Shown in pieces: positions 9,971-20,267 of a stretch of 64,000 bases of DNA. The notes beneath the pieces are model-generated. The model made no database searches and was not told the origin of the DNA. It worked only from the letters and a program-made list of their open reading frames with translations. The position numbers and the translations under genes are program-made. Each line of letters opens with the position of its first letter. Within the stretch, counting starts at the first letter, position 1. The stretch is from a virus, in IMG/VR virus record IMGVR_UViG_3300045009_000924, positions 1-64,000 of that record. The stretch is one strand, 5' to 3'.

Positions 9971-12900
9971 TTAACGCTCTCGATACTGTCTTTCTCTGTC
10001 GTCGAGCTTTGCCATAACCATACTTGCTATTGCTTCTGGCGAAGCATTTGCGCCATTGATATTAATTGTGTAATTGGCTGGCCCGGTGGAATAATTCATG
10101 GGGGAGGAAGCTCCCCCATTGTTTGCTGGAACTGGCGTATCACCAACACCAGGAACAGGACCAGGCACAACATGCAAATGTCTAGATGCAAGATTGCCAT
10201 GAAATTCCGCAAAACCACCATTGGCGTGTATCAATTTCGCATACTGCCCAAGATTTTGTCCCTTCAAATCATATGCTCTTCCAGTCACATGGTCAGAATT
10301 AACAGAACCAAGATTGTGATTTCTCCATGCAGATGTAATTTGTCTCTTTCCGGTTAATTGTGCATTTATTGCTTGATGTCTTGCCATTGTTTGTGAAAGG
10401 CGAGACGTTGTTGTGTCACCCATTTGACCACCGCGCGGAGTTGCGGTATCACCACCATCATCGGGCAACAATCTAAATGTTCCTCCCTGATTTGTTGCTT
10501 TAAGTCCTTTTTTCCACCAATCGGGAGCGCCACTGTCTCCAGTGAAAAACTTTTCCGTAACTAACTTGTAATTATTGACTGCTCCCTTAAAAATTTCATA
10601 ATCAATTCCAAATTTCGTGGCTATTGCTTCCATATCCCCAACAAATGGGTCAAGAGCGTTTTCTTCTAGTGGGTCAACCAATGATGTTAGGCGACCTGGC
10701 ATGGTTGTGGAAAAATTCAAGCGTTTTAATACGGCTTCTATTGAGCCTTGTGTTGTTTCCCCAGTAGCTGAATCTCTGAAGTCGAATCCCTCTGACATAA
10801 TGCTTGTGCTTAGAGTTTTCAACTTAGCATCATCCATGTTTTCTATTTGTTTTTGCAAAACTCCAGCATCTATCGAATACCCACTCGCTTGCGCCATTGC
10901 GGCAAGTTGCTGGGAATAGGTTTTTGCAATGGCATTTCGCATTTCGTCAGCTGTTTGAACACCTTTTATCTGGGCATCAGTTCCCCCCAAACCCGAAAGC
11001 GACCCACCTTCAGCGAATGCTGTTCCCCCAACAAACTTGCCAGTTTTTTTATCTATGGAGCCAAATCCCATACGAGCAGCTTCATAAGCAGCAAATGCAT
11101 CTCCACCAGTAGCAGCTATTTGTTGAGCCGCATAATTCTCAAAATATGCATCTGATGCAATATCTTTTTCCTCGTCTGTTGCGCCCGGGCTTAAGTATTT
11201 ATCTCTTAGTTCGGTTGTGGCAAAGTTGATTGCTTTTTGTGCTTCTCTTTGCTCTCTCTTTTTTCTAAACTTGTCTCCGGTTTGCAACATTAAATCCGTT
11301 ATTGCATTATTCATTTGACCAGAAGTTAATATTAATGCTGCTCCCATTTTTACAGCTATGTCTTTATATTTTACGGTTGCATTATATAAATCCACACCAA
11401 GTTCCTGTGCCAGTAATTCAAGTTCAGCTTCTGATTTTCCGGTGTCTTTAGCCAACTGCGCAAATCTTGCATCACCAATATTGTCAAGCATCGTCATTAC
11501 TTTGTCATGTTGTTCAGCTCGGCCTATCAATCCCTGCAATGATTCTTCTGGTCTTTTCTTCATATCTTTTAATTGTTCTTCTGAAATGCTTATTCCCAAT
11601 CTTGTTTGATTATCAAATGCATACTGAAGAGTTTCTGAGGCTGTCTTTCCTACCTTTTTTTCTGCAGTCCTTTTTTTAGAAGAACCCTTATAATATTCGT
11701 CGCTTGCTGCTTTCCATTCAGCCGGAGTCGCGTCGTACGATGGTATCGAGCTGAACTCCATTCCTTTTCTATCCGCGTCAACAAGGTCTTGGGCTGTTAT
11801 TCCGGCAACATCTCTAAGCTTGTCCGCCACGTTTGCTCGAGCCGCTATAAATTTTGCACCGAAACCTTGAAAAGCTCGTTTTCTACGGGATATATCTATG
11901 CCTTTTTCCTGCATTTCTCTGGTTACAGTGAAAGTTCTAGATGCTCGTTCTGAAATCCCAGTAAACAAGCTGAACAATGCGAATTCTGCTGCTTCTTTGG
12001 CTTCTTTCAATTCATATTTTCCTTTATTTACGGCACCAGAAATAGCACCAACAAGAGTTCCAATCCCCGCTCCTATCGCCGCGCCATATGGTCCAAAATA
12101 TTGTCCGACCGCAGCTCCACCAACCAAGCCAGCAGCTGCACCAGTGCCCGCGCTTCTTGCTTTTAGTGCACCACCAACGCCAGCAACAGCCAAACCCAGT
12201 CTTGGGTCAATCATCGAAACCATTCCGCCGAGTGCCATTGCCCCCCTCATTTCTTCTGGGGCATATTGACTAGCCAAAGAAAGACCCATACTTGTGCCCA
12301 TTCGGCCAGTTCCACTTTGTGCAAATCGTTTGCTTGCTGCGCCAAATTTTGTTTCAGAACGAGAGATTCTCATCATTTCTCGCATGTATGAAAGTCGAGT
12401 GGTAAATCTTCCCCTATTCTGCTGCTCTCTTTGGTCTTTCATTCTTTGAAGGGCTTCTTGTCTCATTTTTGTAACATTTACGAAATCTCCTTTTCCGTCA
12501 TTTAGGGTTGGGTCGAATCTTCCACTATTCGCGTAGGCCATGACACCCTGCGCTGAACCAGCTACTCCAGCAAATTTATTACCAACATACGCGCCAACAT
12601 CCTGAAGTCTCCCCCTTGCCCGCATGGCCGCTTTTGTAAGACTTTCCCGAGCTGTCAAACCGGGGTCTCTCATTATTTTTTGGGTTGTTTTTGTTCCGTC
12701 TGGTGCTGTTGTGGTTACATCTTTGAAATATCTCTTATAAGCCGGTCCATATTTGAATGCATGACTCATTTGTGCTTCGTACCGCGCTTGTTGTGGTGTG
12801 CCTTGTACTTTAACTGCTTCAGCGGCAAGCATTCTGTCTCTATCATTTTTTTGCAACAATCGAACAATGTCAGCGTTTGAGCCACTGGCATCAAGACCGC

Positions 12901-15481
12901 GAGCGCGCGCTAAGCGACGAAGACGTTTGTCGCCCATGCGTGAATAATCAACATCCGCACCCTTACTAACCCCGAGTGAAGGTCGTCCTGGTGTTGCGGC
13001 TGGTCCGCCGGGTGTGTGAACGCCGGTAAGAGGCGTTGCACCATAACCGGCATTCAGTATTTCCCGACGCTCAAACGCCCTCTGGTCCATTCCTGCCCTA
13101 AATCTGTCGCCTTTTGCAAATCCCTGCTTTGCCAATCTGCCAACCTGCATTGCTTCACTTAATCGCATTCTGTCGTCGACCAGAAGTCGACTAAATGAAG
13201 ATTGATTATTTTGAGAAAAAGTTAATGGTATTCCTCTCTCGTTGACATAAACACCACCAAGATGTCTTGTGTCTCTATAAACAGCTGCACCCCTGTTATT
13301 CTGCCCTCGGGAATCTTTTCCAATAACGCTAGTGTCAGTAATCGCTTGTGTTTTTATTGCATCAGTATCTGAAACTATCTGTCTCGTGAATGGCAATCCC
13401 GTTGCTGGGTCCATCATCATTGTTGCCCTTATTGATTGTGCGCCAGGCGTAAATTGGCCAGATGATATTGCAATACCCCCACCATATTGGCGTGCATCGG
13501 CTTGTTGGAATGTGCTTGACATCATTCTTCCACCCATGACATTTTGTTTTTCTGCAAAATCACTCAATTGACTACCAGATGAAACTCCATATATTCTTGA
13601 AAGGAATGGTCCGCGATAATGCATTAAATTAGATATTGCTGGTCCATACACCGGAAGTGCGCCACCCGGTGCCCCAGGGCCAAGGGCTGGATATGGCGCC
13701 ATGGGAGCTGCCGGATACCCACCACTCGAAAGCCTGCCAGACGAAGCGGCTGGAGAAGAAATTTGGGGTGACCCACCTGCAACTTGATTTCCGTTTACAT
13801 AAACATTTTGTGCTTGAATCGGCATATTTTGCAAATTAGAAAACGGAAGAGAACGACCTATTCCGGTTCCCATAGGCATCATTTTTCCAGCTGCCCCCAT
13901 CATTCTTCTGCCAAATATTTGAAAAGCCAATAGTGGCGCAAGTGCTCTCATAAATCCACCATTACCACCACCAAAACCGGTAAGCAGCTGGGTCATGCCG
14001 CGTATCAACATTCCTATTCCACTTAAAACATCGTTTAAGAATGGAAGTATTTCGAAAAATACTCCTTTCATTTTGAACAACAAATCAGATGCATCTCTTA
14101 TGAGGTCGCCTATTTTCGTACCGAATTGGACAACTGTGTCCTCGTTGCCCATGAGCAATTCTCTAAACCTGGTCATGTTTTCGACACCATCTTTAATCGC
14201 TAGCCAGATTTGACCAAATGATTTTTCAACAACTCTCGCGCCATCTATTAGGGGTCTTAATTTTTCGATAATAATATTCCAGCCACGTTTAAAATTGCTC
14301 ATCCATTCACCAAGTCTTTTAAACATTCCCTGAAAACCCGGAAGGTACTGACGAATTGTTTTAACCATCCAATTGCTAACTTTTTCTACACCGTCGACAA
14401 ATCCTTTTATCATTCCCTCAGAACCGAATTGAGCTTGAACAGTAAGAAGAATTCTTTGCATGTCTCTGGAAATTATTTCAAAAAGTCTTTGAAACGCTTC
14501 TTTTCCTGGTTTTAAGAACTGCATTCCAAAATCGGCAAATTGACCACGCAATAAAGTAAAATATCTTGTCAATTCACTAATTAATGTTGTATTAACTGCC
14601 TCAAATTGACCAAGCACGCCTCCCTTTTTAGCCAATTCTCCAGAGAACAAAAGTTCTTTAAATTCTTTTTTTGTTTTTATTTTTGTGTCTTTAAGAGCTT
14701 TTTCCATTTCTGGGCCAAGTTTTTTTGCTTCTGAAAGAACATTGCTTATCGTTTTCTTTTCGTCTTCCAATGCAGCTACTACTGTCCCAACTTGGGCAGC
14801 AGCTTTTTTCGGGTCTTGTCCTGCAGCGCCAAAGTCCATAAGCGCTTTCAATGATTTGCTACTTGCATTTATTTGAGATACATTCATCGTTTTTGACATT
14901 GAAGCAAATGCACCATTTAGGGCTTCCACTCCAAGGGAGGCAAGGTCTGCATTCATTTGCAAATTTCGCATAGCCATTACGGTTTGATTCATTGAAGTTT
15001 TGTATTGAGAAGCGCCCTTTCCTCGGTATGCGTACATTGCTGCCTGCTGTTCTCTTATCGCCGCAGACGCCCCTGCTAGGGCAACGGTGAATGCAGCCGC
15101 ACCACCGGCAAGTAACTGCATTACCCCCCTATACGCTTTTACCGCATACTGTCCAGCAATAACCAAGGCATGCCACGCAAGCATGGTGGCAGCAAGTATT
15201 CCCATTTCAATTATGACACCCTTTATGGCTGTTGTTAAAAATTTAGTTAATACTTTTCCAAAACCACGTATTACTGAATCAACAAAGTCAAAGTGTTTCT
15301 TCCATTTGCCTGTTGCTCTATTTAGTGCAGCGCTGGTTGCGTTTGCATATTTTTGTACGTTTTTTCCAGAGGAGAGACGACTCTCCATCGCTTCTGCTGC
15401 ACGAAGTTTTGCAATAAGAGCATCAAGCTGTTTAGTCTTGGTTATTACCTTGACTACTATGCTTACTTTTTCGTCGGCCAT
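9971..15481 (-). CDS. Tape measure protein with SAP-like domain and C-terminal M15-like Zn peptidase
   Basis: 1836 aa, Ala/Gly-rich and helical, downstream of tail chaperone; ITSAWR..SDH.TGRAYD...HLHV near the C-terminus. Confidence 0.85.
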   Translation of the reverse strand: MADEKVSIVVKVITKTKQLDALIAKLRAAEAMESRLSSGKNVQKYANATSAALNRATGKWKKHFDFVDSVIRGFGKVLTKFLTTAIKGVIIEMGILAATMLAWHALVIAGQYAVKAYRGVMQLLAGGAAAFTVALAGASAAIREQQAAMYAYRGKGASQYKTSMNQTVMAMRNLQMNADLASLGVEALNGAFASMSKTMNVSQINASSKSLKALMDFGAAGQDPKKAAAQVGTVVAALEDEKKTISNVLSEAKKLGPEMEKALKDTKIKTKKEFKELLFSGELAKKGGVLGQFEAVNTTLISELTRYFTLLRGQFADFGMQFLKPGKEAFQRLFEIISRDMQRILLTVQAQFGSEGMIKGFVDGVEKVSNWMVKTIRQYLPGFQGMFKRLGEWMSNFKRGWNIIIEKLRPLIDGARVVEKSFGQIWLAIKDGVENMTRFRELLMGNEDTVVQFGTKIGDLIRDASDLLFKMKGVFFEILPFLNDVLSGIGMLIRGMTQLLTGFGGGNGGFMRALAPLLAFQIFGRRMMGAAGKMMPMGTGIGRSLPFSNLQNMPIQAQNVYVNGNQVAGGSPQISSPAASSGRLSSGGYPAAPMAPYPALGPGAPGGALPVYGPAISNLMHYRGPFLSRIYGVSSGSQLSDFAEKQNVMGGRMMSSTFQQADARQYGGGIAISSGQFTPGAQSIRATMMMDPATGLPFTRQIVSDTDAIKTQAITDTSVIGKDSRGQNNRGAAVYRDTRHLGGVYVNERGIPLTFSQNNQSSFSRLLVDDRMRLSEAMQVGRLAKQGFAKGDRFRAGMDQRAFERREILNAGYGATPLTGVHTPGGPAATPGRPSLGVSKGADVDYSRMGDKRLRRLARARGLDASGSNADIVRLLQKNDRDRMLAAEAVKVQGTPQQARYEAQMSHAFKYGPAYKRYFKDVTTTAPDGTKTTQKIMRDPGLTARESLTKAAMRARGRLQDVGAYVGNKFAGVAGSAQGVMAYANSGRFDPTLNDGKGDFVNVTKMRQEALQRMKDQREQQNRGRFTTRLSYMREMMRISRSETKFGAASKRFAQSGTGRMGTSMGLSLASQYAPEEMRGAMALGGMVSMIDPRLGLAVAGVGGALKARSAGTGAAAGLVGGAAVGQYFGPYGAAIGAGIGTLVGAISGAVNKGKYELKEAKEAAEFALFSLFTGISERASRTFTVTREMQEKGIDISRRKRAFQGFGAKFIAARANVADKLRDVAGITAQDLVDADRKGMEFSSIPSYDATPAEWKAASDEYYKGSSKKRTAEKKVGKTASETLQYAFDNQTRLGISISEEQLKDMKKRPEESLQGLIGRAEQHDKVMTMLDNIGDARFAQLAKDTGKSEAELELLAQELGVDLYNATVKYKDIAVKMGAALILTSGQMNNAITDLMLQTGDKFRKKREQREAQKAINFATTELRDKYLSPGATDEEKDIASDAYFENYAAQQIAATGGDAFAAYEAARMGFGSIDKKTGKFVGGTAFAEGGSLSGLGGTDAQIKGVQTADEMRNAIAKTYSQQLAAMAQASGYSIDAGVLQKQIENMDDAKLKTLSTSIMSEGFDFRDSATGETTQGSIEAVLKRLNFSTTMPGRLTSLVDPLEENALDPFVGDMEAIATKFGIDYEIFKGAVNNYKLVTEKFFTGDSGAPDWWKKGLKATNQGGTFRLLPDDGGDTATPRGGQMGDTTTSRLSQTMARHQAINAQLTGKRQITSAWRNHNLGSVNSDHVTGRAYDLKGQNLGQYAKLIHANGGFAEFHGNLASRHLHVVPGPVPGVGDTPVPANNGGASSPMNYSTGPANYTININGANASPEAIASMVMAKLDDRERQYRER

Positions 15482-15543
15482 TACGTCTCCAAGTGATGGT
15501 TAATCACGTGAGTGTAAAAGCGCCGAGCTGTGTGGCCAGTATG

Positions 15544-15741
15544 CTACACAGTCTTCGACTTGCGCTCTTGCTCTTCGCGGTCGTTACGTATAACTCTAGC
15601 ACAGGCAAGCAGAATTAACCAGCTATCGTCGTCAACATCTAACAAAGAAAGTGGATTTTGGCCAAACAACTCGCCAAGACGAGCGGCGGCAGATACGCGG
15701 GAGTCTTTGACTAATTCGTCGTAGACTCCTTCGTAGGGTCC
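15544..15741 (-). CDS. Tail assembly chaperone -1 frameshift extension (G-T type)
   Basis: Start-less open -1 frame (YEGVYDELVKDSRVSAAARLGELFGQNPLSLLDVDDDSWLILLACARVIRNDREEQERKSKTV*) overlapping the chaperone end and filling the gap to the tape measure. Confidence 0.7.
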   Translation of the reverse strand, partial: GPYEGVYDELVKDSRVSAAARLGELFGQNPLSLLDVDDDSWLILLACARVIRNDREEQERKSKTV

Positions 15742-16253
15742 ACTGCCGTGACCGTATCGGAATATCCTGCGGCATCAAGAATAGCCAAAGCAGCTGACTC
15801 CACATGTGGGTCAACACCGAACATGGCGCGAACCGCATCCGGGACGGGTCGTGTCGTGTCTGTCATTTCCAAAATCGTTGGATGTGCAAAATTCAGATAG
15901 TTGCCATCCGAATCAAAAACTTCTTCGTCATCGATAAAAATTCCGACCGTTGTATTACCGATTACCAAACATGCAAATTTTGTTGCATCAAGACCGTTTC
16001 TCGTATCTTCACCAGCATTTTTGCGCCAGTTTTTCATTTGTGATTGTGTAATATTTGGACTTACCTTAATACTTACGCCAGGACGTTCGGGAACAGCAAT
16101 AAGAACATGTTGGCGCTCAACTTTTTTCTTAATTATGCTGCGAAGCCGGTCAAGTTGTGTTTCTTCCTTGACCTGTGGCAATGAAGTATCTTTTGAAGAT
16201 TGCTTCTTTTTTGATGAATCTTGATTGTCTGATGTATAAAGTGTTTCGCTCAT
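15711..16253 (-). CDS. Tail assembly chaperone
   Basis: Position between tube and tape measure; ends ...VDPTKESTTN with an overlapping -1 frame. Confidence 0.75.
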   Translation of the reverse strand: MSETLYTSDNQDSSKKKQSSKDTSLPQVKEETQLDRLRSIIKKKVERQHVLIAVPERPGVSIKVSPNITQSQMKNWRKNAGEDTRNGLDATKFACLVIGNTTVGIFIDDEEVFDSDGNYLNFAHPTILEMTDTTRPVPDAVRAMFGVDPHVESAALAILDAAGYSDTVTAVDPTKESTTN

Positions 16254-16260
16254 AACACGA

Positions 16261-16297
16261 AAACTATCACACTACGTATCCAATTATTGCAACTATC
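16261..16297 (-). promoter_or_regulatory. Putative phage promoter GATAG-TTGCAA-N20-TAGTTT
   Basis: Shares GATAGTTGCA with the element upstream of the sheath gene. Confidence 0.4.
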
Positions 16298-16300
16298 TAA

Positions 16301-16801
16301 TTATGACGCATTCTCTACATCGGAAATCGCAAACGTGAGGGCAAATGTTGACGGAGCGCCAGAAGATGAGTCGCCCTCTGGTTCAGTCAAGCCGACCAAC
16401 AATGCGTTGTAATATACGCGGTCGTTTGTTGGGTCTTTAATATCACAGTCGTAAACTGATACTGTAATATTGTAATAAGCAATTCCAACATATCTTCTCA
16501 AAGTTTTAAGTTTTGCCCCAATTCCAGCAGCAGTTTCCGCCGAGACCATATCATCGTCGTAGTGTGCGGTTAGTGTTATATCGCCAATTTCTGATGGCGC
16601 ACACAATACCGTTGGACGAGATTTGCCACCCTCGTAAATTTTTTCTACGGATGCAGTGATTTCCCCACCAGAAACCTGTGCAAATTTAAAGAGAGTCCAT
16701 TTTGGAAGGTTTTTCTGCACGTTGAGTTGTTGCTTGGTTGCGGCACCAAATGATGACGGCACAATGTCTGCCAATACTTGTCTTTGCGCTATTTTTGCCA
16801 T
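16301..16801 (-). CDS. Tail tube protein
   Basis: 166 aa directly after sheath; FAQVSGGEI...GDITLT..YD...PEGDSSS..F.LTF pattern. Confidence 0.8.
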   Translation of the reverse strand: MAKIAQRQVLADIVPSSFGAATKQQLNVQKNLPKWTLFKFAQVSGGEITASVEKIYEGGKSRPTVLCAPSEIGDITLTAHYDDDMVSAETAAGIGAKLKTLRRYVGIAYYNITVSVYDCDIKDPTNDRVYYNALLVGLTEPEGDSSSGAPSTFALTFAISDVENAS

Positions 16802-16815
16802 TTTTTATTCCTCCG

Positions 16816-18267
16816 TTACACCACTGAAGTGGTTAGATTTGATTTAACAATATCGATTTCAATTTGGTCGCCTACGCTGCTAACTCTCAATCCAATCCTT
16901 GCCTTTATAAGACCATCGTTTAGCTGTGAAGTTGGATTGATTGTTTTGTCACACTTGACCACAAATCCCGGGTCAAGCAACCTTCCACTTGAATCATATG
17001 CTGGATATAGGGCTCCAGTGTCTCGCATTGTTGCAAGAACCGAAACCAATCTTGCTGAAATATTTGAAAATATTTCGTTTCTGCCATCAATTGGACTAAA
17101 TACCAAATCCTCAAGTGAGAGATAAGATTCAGCAACAATCGTGTTTACGACATCCTGTTGTGTGATGTACTTGAAATTGTCAGTGTCAATTGAGCAGGAG
17201 CGAGCACCATAAATTCTTACAGTGTTTTGAATTACTCTGATTGCGTTAACAGAATTCTCATCGAGGTCATCGCCAACAGTTTTGTCTACATCAAATTTTA
17301 CGCCAGTCACAAATCGCGAGGTTGAAATCAATCCGGCAGCTGGAGTGTGAGTTCCGCTTTGATTATGAGCAACGGCTCTTTTCGCTGCGACGTAACCAAC
17401 CGGCGGAACCATTTTTGTTATTCCAGCAATTGACGTAGGAATTTCCACCCATGGGTAGTAGTAAGCGGAATGTTCGGCATGGTTCAACTGTCGAACTGCA
17501 AATGCAGCTGCTTTGGCCTGTGCTACCGTTTGTGTTTCTGGACCAGAAAGCAAAGCAATCCTGTTATATGCATTTGCATGCTCTGTCAAATATTCATTCA
17601 TTGCTTCTGTTTGATTTTCTGGACATGCAACAGCACCAACACCCAATGCGTCATTGAACAGCAAAAGTGAACTGTTGAAATCGTCTTCATCAAGGGAGGT
17701 GTCTAGTGCGCTGCCAGCACTTAGTGACGTTGCCGCAATCGTGGATGGCAATAAGTTTACATTATCCACTGCCGCACTAAGATAACGAGATGCAACCGCA
17801 CTTGAATTAATTCTTCCCACGGCCTGCGATGAGCTGGTTACATTTCCGGTTGAGTAAACCAAATTATCTTCAAAATATACAAGTATTCTGAATGAGGTGT
17901 TCGAGTTAATTACCTGTATATCGACATCTTCCGACCAGCTGCCAGCTCCGTTAGCCGTGAGTGTTATTACATCGTTGTCGCCATTCAAAAGCGTTAATTC
18001 ACCAGCAGTTGCAGAAGCCCCAACAGAACGAGCAACATATGCTCTCGTACCACCCTCTTCAAAGAATGTCTCTACCGTTGGGTGAAGATATGAGTCTGAA
18101 CGATATTCACCGAAAATATCTTCAAATTCAGCAAGACTTTCAACAAGCACTGCCTCATTGCTCGGCCCACGCTGAGCAAGACCAACAACAAAAAGCTGCG
18201 ACGATTCACGAACCGTCGCTGTCGACGGGCCGGTTCTAACTGAGGTTGATATAACTACACCAGGCAT
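16816..18267 (-). CDS. Tail sheath protein
   Basis: MPGV, GLAQRGP, FFEEGG.RAYV.R, AYYYPW, PP.GYVAA and RIYGARS sheath motifs. Confidence 0.92.
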   Translation of the reverse strand: MPGVVISTSVRTGPSTATVRESSQLFVVGLAQRGPSNEAVLVESLAEFEDIFGEYRSDSYLHPTVETFFEEGGTRAYVARSVGASATAGELTLLNGDNDVITLTANGAGSWSEDVDIQVINSNTSFRILVYFEDNLVYSTGNVTSSSQAVGRINSSAVASRYLSAAVDNVNLLPSTIAATSLSAGSALDTSLDEDDFNSSLLLFNDALGVGAVACPENQTEAMNEYLTEHANAYNRIALLSGPETQTVAQAKAAAFAVRQLNHAEHSAYYYPWVEIPTSIAGITKMVPPVGYVAAKRAVAHNQSGTHTPAAGLISTSRFVTGVKFDVDKTVGDDLDENSVNAIRVIQNTVRIYGARSCSIDTDNFKYITQQDVVNTIVAESYLSLEDLVFSPIDGRNEIFSNISARLVSVLATMRDTGALYPAYDSSGRLLDPGFVVKCDKTINPTSQLNDGLIKARIGLRVSSVGDQIEIDIVKSNLTTSVV

Positions 18268-18319
18268 AGGACCTTCCTATTTTGTTTTGTTCGGGTTGGA
18301 ATCCCTTATGTTGATTTCA

Positions 18320-18357
18320 ATTGTACAGACAAGAAGTGATTATTTTGTGCAACTATC
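18320..18357 (-). promoter_or_regulatory. Putative phage promoter GATAG-TTGCAC-N21-TACAAT
   Basis: Intergenic, upstream of sheath; matches the element at 16261-16297. Confidence 0.45.
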
Positions 18358-18383
18358 AAATTGCTTTATTTTTAACATTCTCA

Positions 18384-19043
18384 TTATGGTCTCGGAATGA
18401 TAACGCTTGCAGAAACGCCATAATCACTGTCAAGCGATGGCATTTCCTCGTCAACTCCAACTTGTTTTGCACCAAGATGTATTTCATCAATTACACCAAG
18501 GTCTGTTCTTGTAACAACTTCATCCATTTCAAGAGTGTAAGCAATAAAAGAACCAGACATAAATCTGTCACCTTTTAATAGTGTTGTATCGGAAAACTCT
18601 TCTCTTATTGAAGATTCGTCAATAATTATTCTGAAATTAGACCTAGCGTCGTATGCTTTCAGGCATGGATAATCAAGAATTGCCGAACGAACAACCGTGG
18701 TTAACCTATCCCTCATTAATGGACATTGTTCTATTCCCTCTGTTCTAACCCAGCAGTAAGTTCTCATACTGTAAGAAACTCTGTACAAGGGGTGTCCAAA
18801 CTCAAAACCAATTCTGCTTAATTGATTTGTTGACAATACAATCGTAATGATAGATGGCCATCTATCTATTGCCAATGGCTCATATGCAATATATTGTTCC
18901 GGATTCGGCAAAAGACCACTATCGAGATTCCAGCCATTTCTATATCTGATTAATCGAGTCGGTAAATCATTTTCCAAATACGAATTAACGAAATCTTTTG
19001 CGAAATGAGTTCCGTTCATTAGATAATTTTGATATGAAGTCAT
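18384..19043 (-). CDS. Tail terminator/completion protein (putative)
   Basis: Synteny between neck genes and sheath; WPSI motif. Confidence 0.5.
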   Translation of the reverse strand: MTSYQNYLMNGTHFAKDFVNSYLENDLPTRLIRYRNGWNLDSGLLPNPEQYIAYEPLAIDRWPSIITIVLSTNQLSRIGFEFGHPLYRVSYSMRTYCWVRTEGIEQCPLMRDRLTTVVRSAILDYPCLKAYDARSNFRIIIDESSIREEFSDTTLLKGDRFMSGSFIAYTLEMDEVVTRTDLGVIDEIHLGAKQVGVDEEMPSLDSDYGVSASVIIPRP

Positions 19044-19543
19044 GTCACCCTGCTTCCCTCAACAATGTACTTTGCTAAATGTTTTCCTATTGTTCTATCG
19101 AAATCTCTGGGAACAAAAACAATCGGTCTAGCTGGCATATTTTTTGTTCCAAATTGATGCCATCTTGCTATTCGTCCCGGAACGACAAGTTCCATTGATT
19201 GGTCGTCTATATCGCTTTCCGGATTTGACGAAGCATTGCTAACAAGTGTGTAAAGTTTTCCGGTTTGAACAAGAATTTGTTCCGCCGTTGCTGGATATCT
19301 TATTTTTTTCCAAGCGTAGTAACTTGGACTCAGTGGTTTCCATCCACCCTTGAGCATTGCCTTTGCCGAAAGAAGTCCCATTGTTGTAAAGTTGTCCCCC
19401 CATACGCGCTCCAGGTCCTCTGCTGCTTTTTTTAATACAGGACGTACATTTCGTGTTCTATCTTTTATATCTTTTAATCTGGCTTTTGCCTGCTTGGCGT
19501 CAACTTTTGTTATTACTACATCAATGCTATAAGTTTTTCCCAC
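19040..19543 (-). CDS. Virion morphogenesis protein (Mu gpG/P2 gpS-like)
   Basis: WKPLSP.Y, ILVQTG.L and ARWHQFGTKNMPARP motifs. Confidence 0.85.
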   Translation of the reverse strand: MGKTYSIDVVITKVDAKQAKARLKDIKDRTRNVRPVLKKAAEDLERVWGDNFTTMGLLSAKAMLKGGWKPLSPSYYAWKKIRYPATAEQILVQTGKLYTLVSNASSNPESDIDDQSMELVVPGRIARWHQFGTKNMPARPIVFVPRDFDRTIGKHLAKYIVEGSRVT

Positions 19544-19544
19544 A

Positions 19545-20192
19545 TTAAATCCTGTTTCGTTTATATTTTCTTAAAGAAACCAATTCGGAATCCAAAAACC
19601 CAGTCTCAACTATTGCAACACCGCGAGGATTTAAATCTTTTACTCCAACAACATCGTCGTGCATATTTTGCATCTCTCTCGTGGCGGCTCGCAAAATCAT
19701 AAGTTTGAAAATTGGTATGTTTGCTCCATCAAGGCCTGCCGTATATGTAACCGTGATTAAATCATTTGGATATCCGTAATAAAAATCTATTCCGTATGGT
19801 CTTTTTATATAATCTTTTTCTATTGTTAATTCTTTCTCTGAGCCAAATGGTGGTTTAACTGTAACTCTAGTTATAGAAACAATCGGAGTATTTTTTAAAT
19901 ACACAGCAGGCGGTGGCGTCGACCAATTTGTTAAATCATTTGTATTACTTTGTTCGAAACTTGTACTATACGTATTTTCGGCGGTTGTCAAAAACGTTCC
20001 CATCGGAACTCCGGAATGCATCGCATCAAGGCGTTGTTCTTCGATAAAAGTCTCCACCTCAATCGGCCTACGCAAAAATGCCTCAAGTTCACCCTGTAAA
20101 CCAGCAAGTATCAGTTCTGCGGCATCTTCCTGGCGTGCCGTAAGGGATATGTCCATGTATGTTTTTAAATCAGAAAGTGAAACAATGCTCAT
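19545..20192 (-). CDS. Head-tail adaptor protein
   Basis: VSLSDLKTYM, PIVSITRV, ITVTYTAG and L..Y(K)R motifs of head-tail connectors. Confidence 0.7.
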   Translation of the reverse strand: MSIVSLSDLKTYMDISLTARQEDAAELILAGLQGELEAFLRRPIEVETFIEEQRLDAMHSGVPMGTFLTTAENTYSTSFEQSNTNDLTNWSTPPPAVYLKNTPIVSITRVTVKPPFGSEKELTIEKDYIKRPYGIDFYYGYPNDLITVTYTAGLDGANIPIFKLMILRAATREMQNMHDDVVGVKDLNPRGVAIVETGFLDSELVSLRKYKRNRI

Positions 20193-20267
20193 GAATTCTC
20201 CGGATGTAAATAGATATTGGGATTAAATACTTAAAACATTAAATTTTAACATCAATATCACATCTAA

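Noticed and set aside
15632-15838. 68-aa minus-strand ORF as the chaperone frameshift partner
   Set aside because: It is the +1 frame, looks non-protein-like and stops early; the -1 frame gives a plausible product reaching 15544
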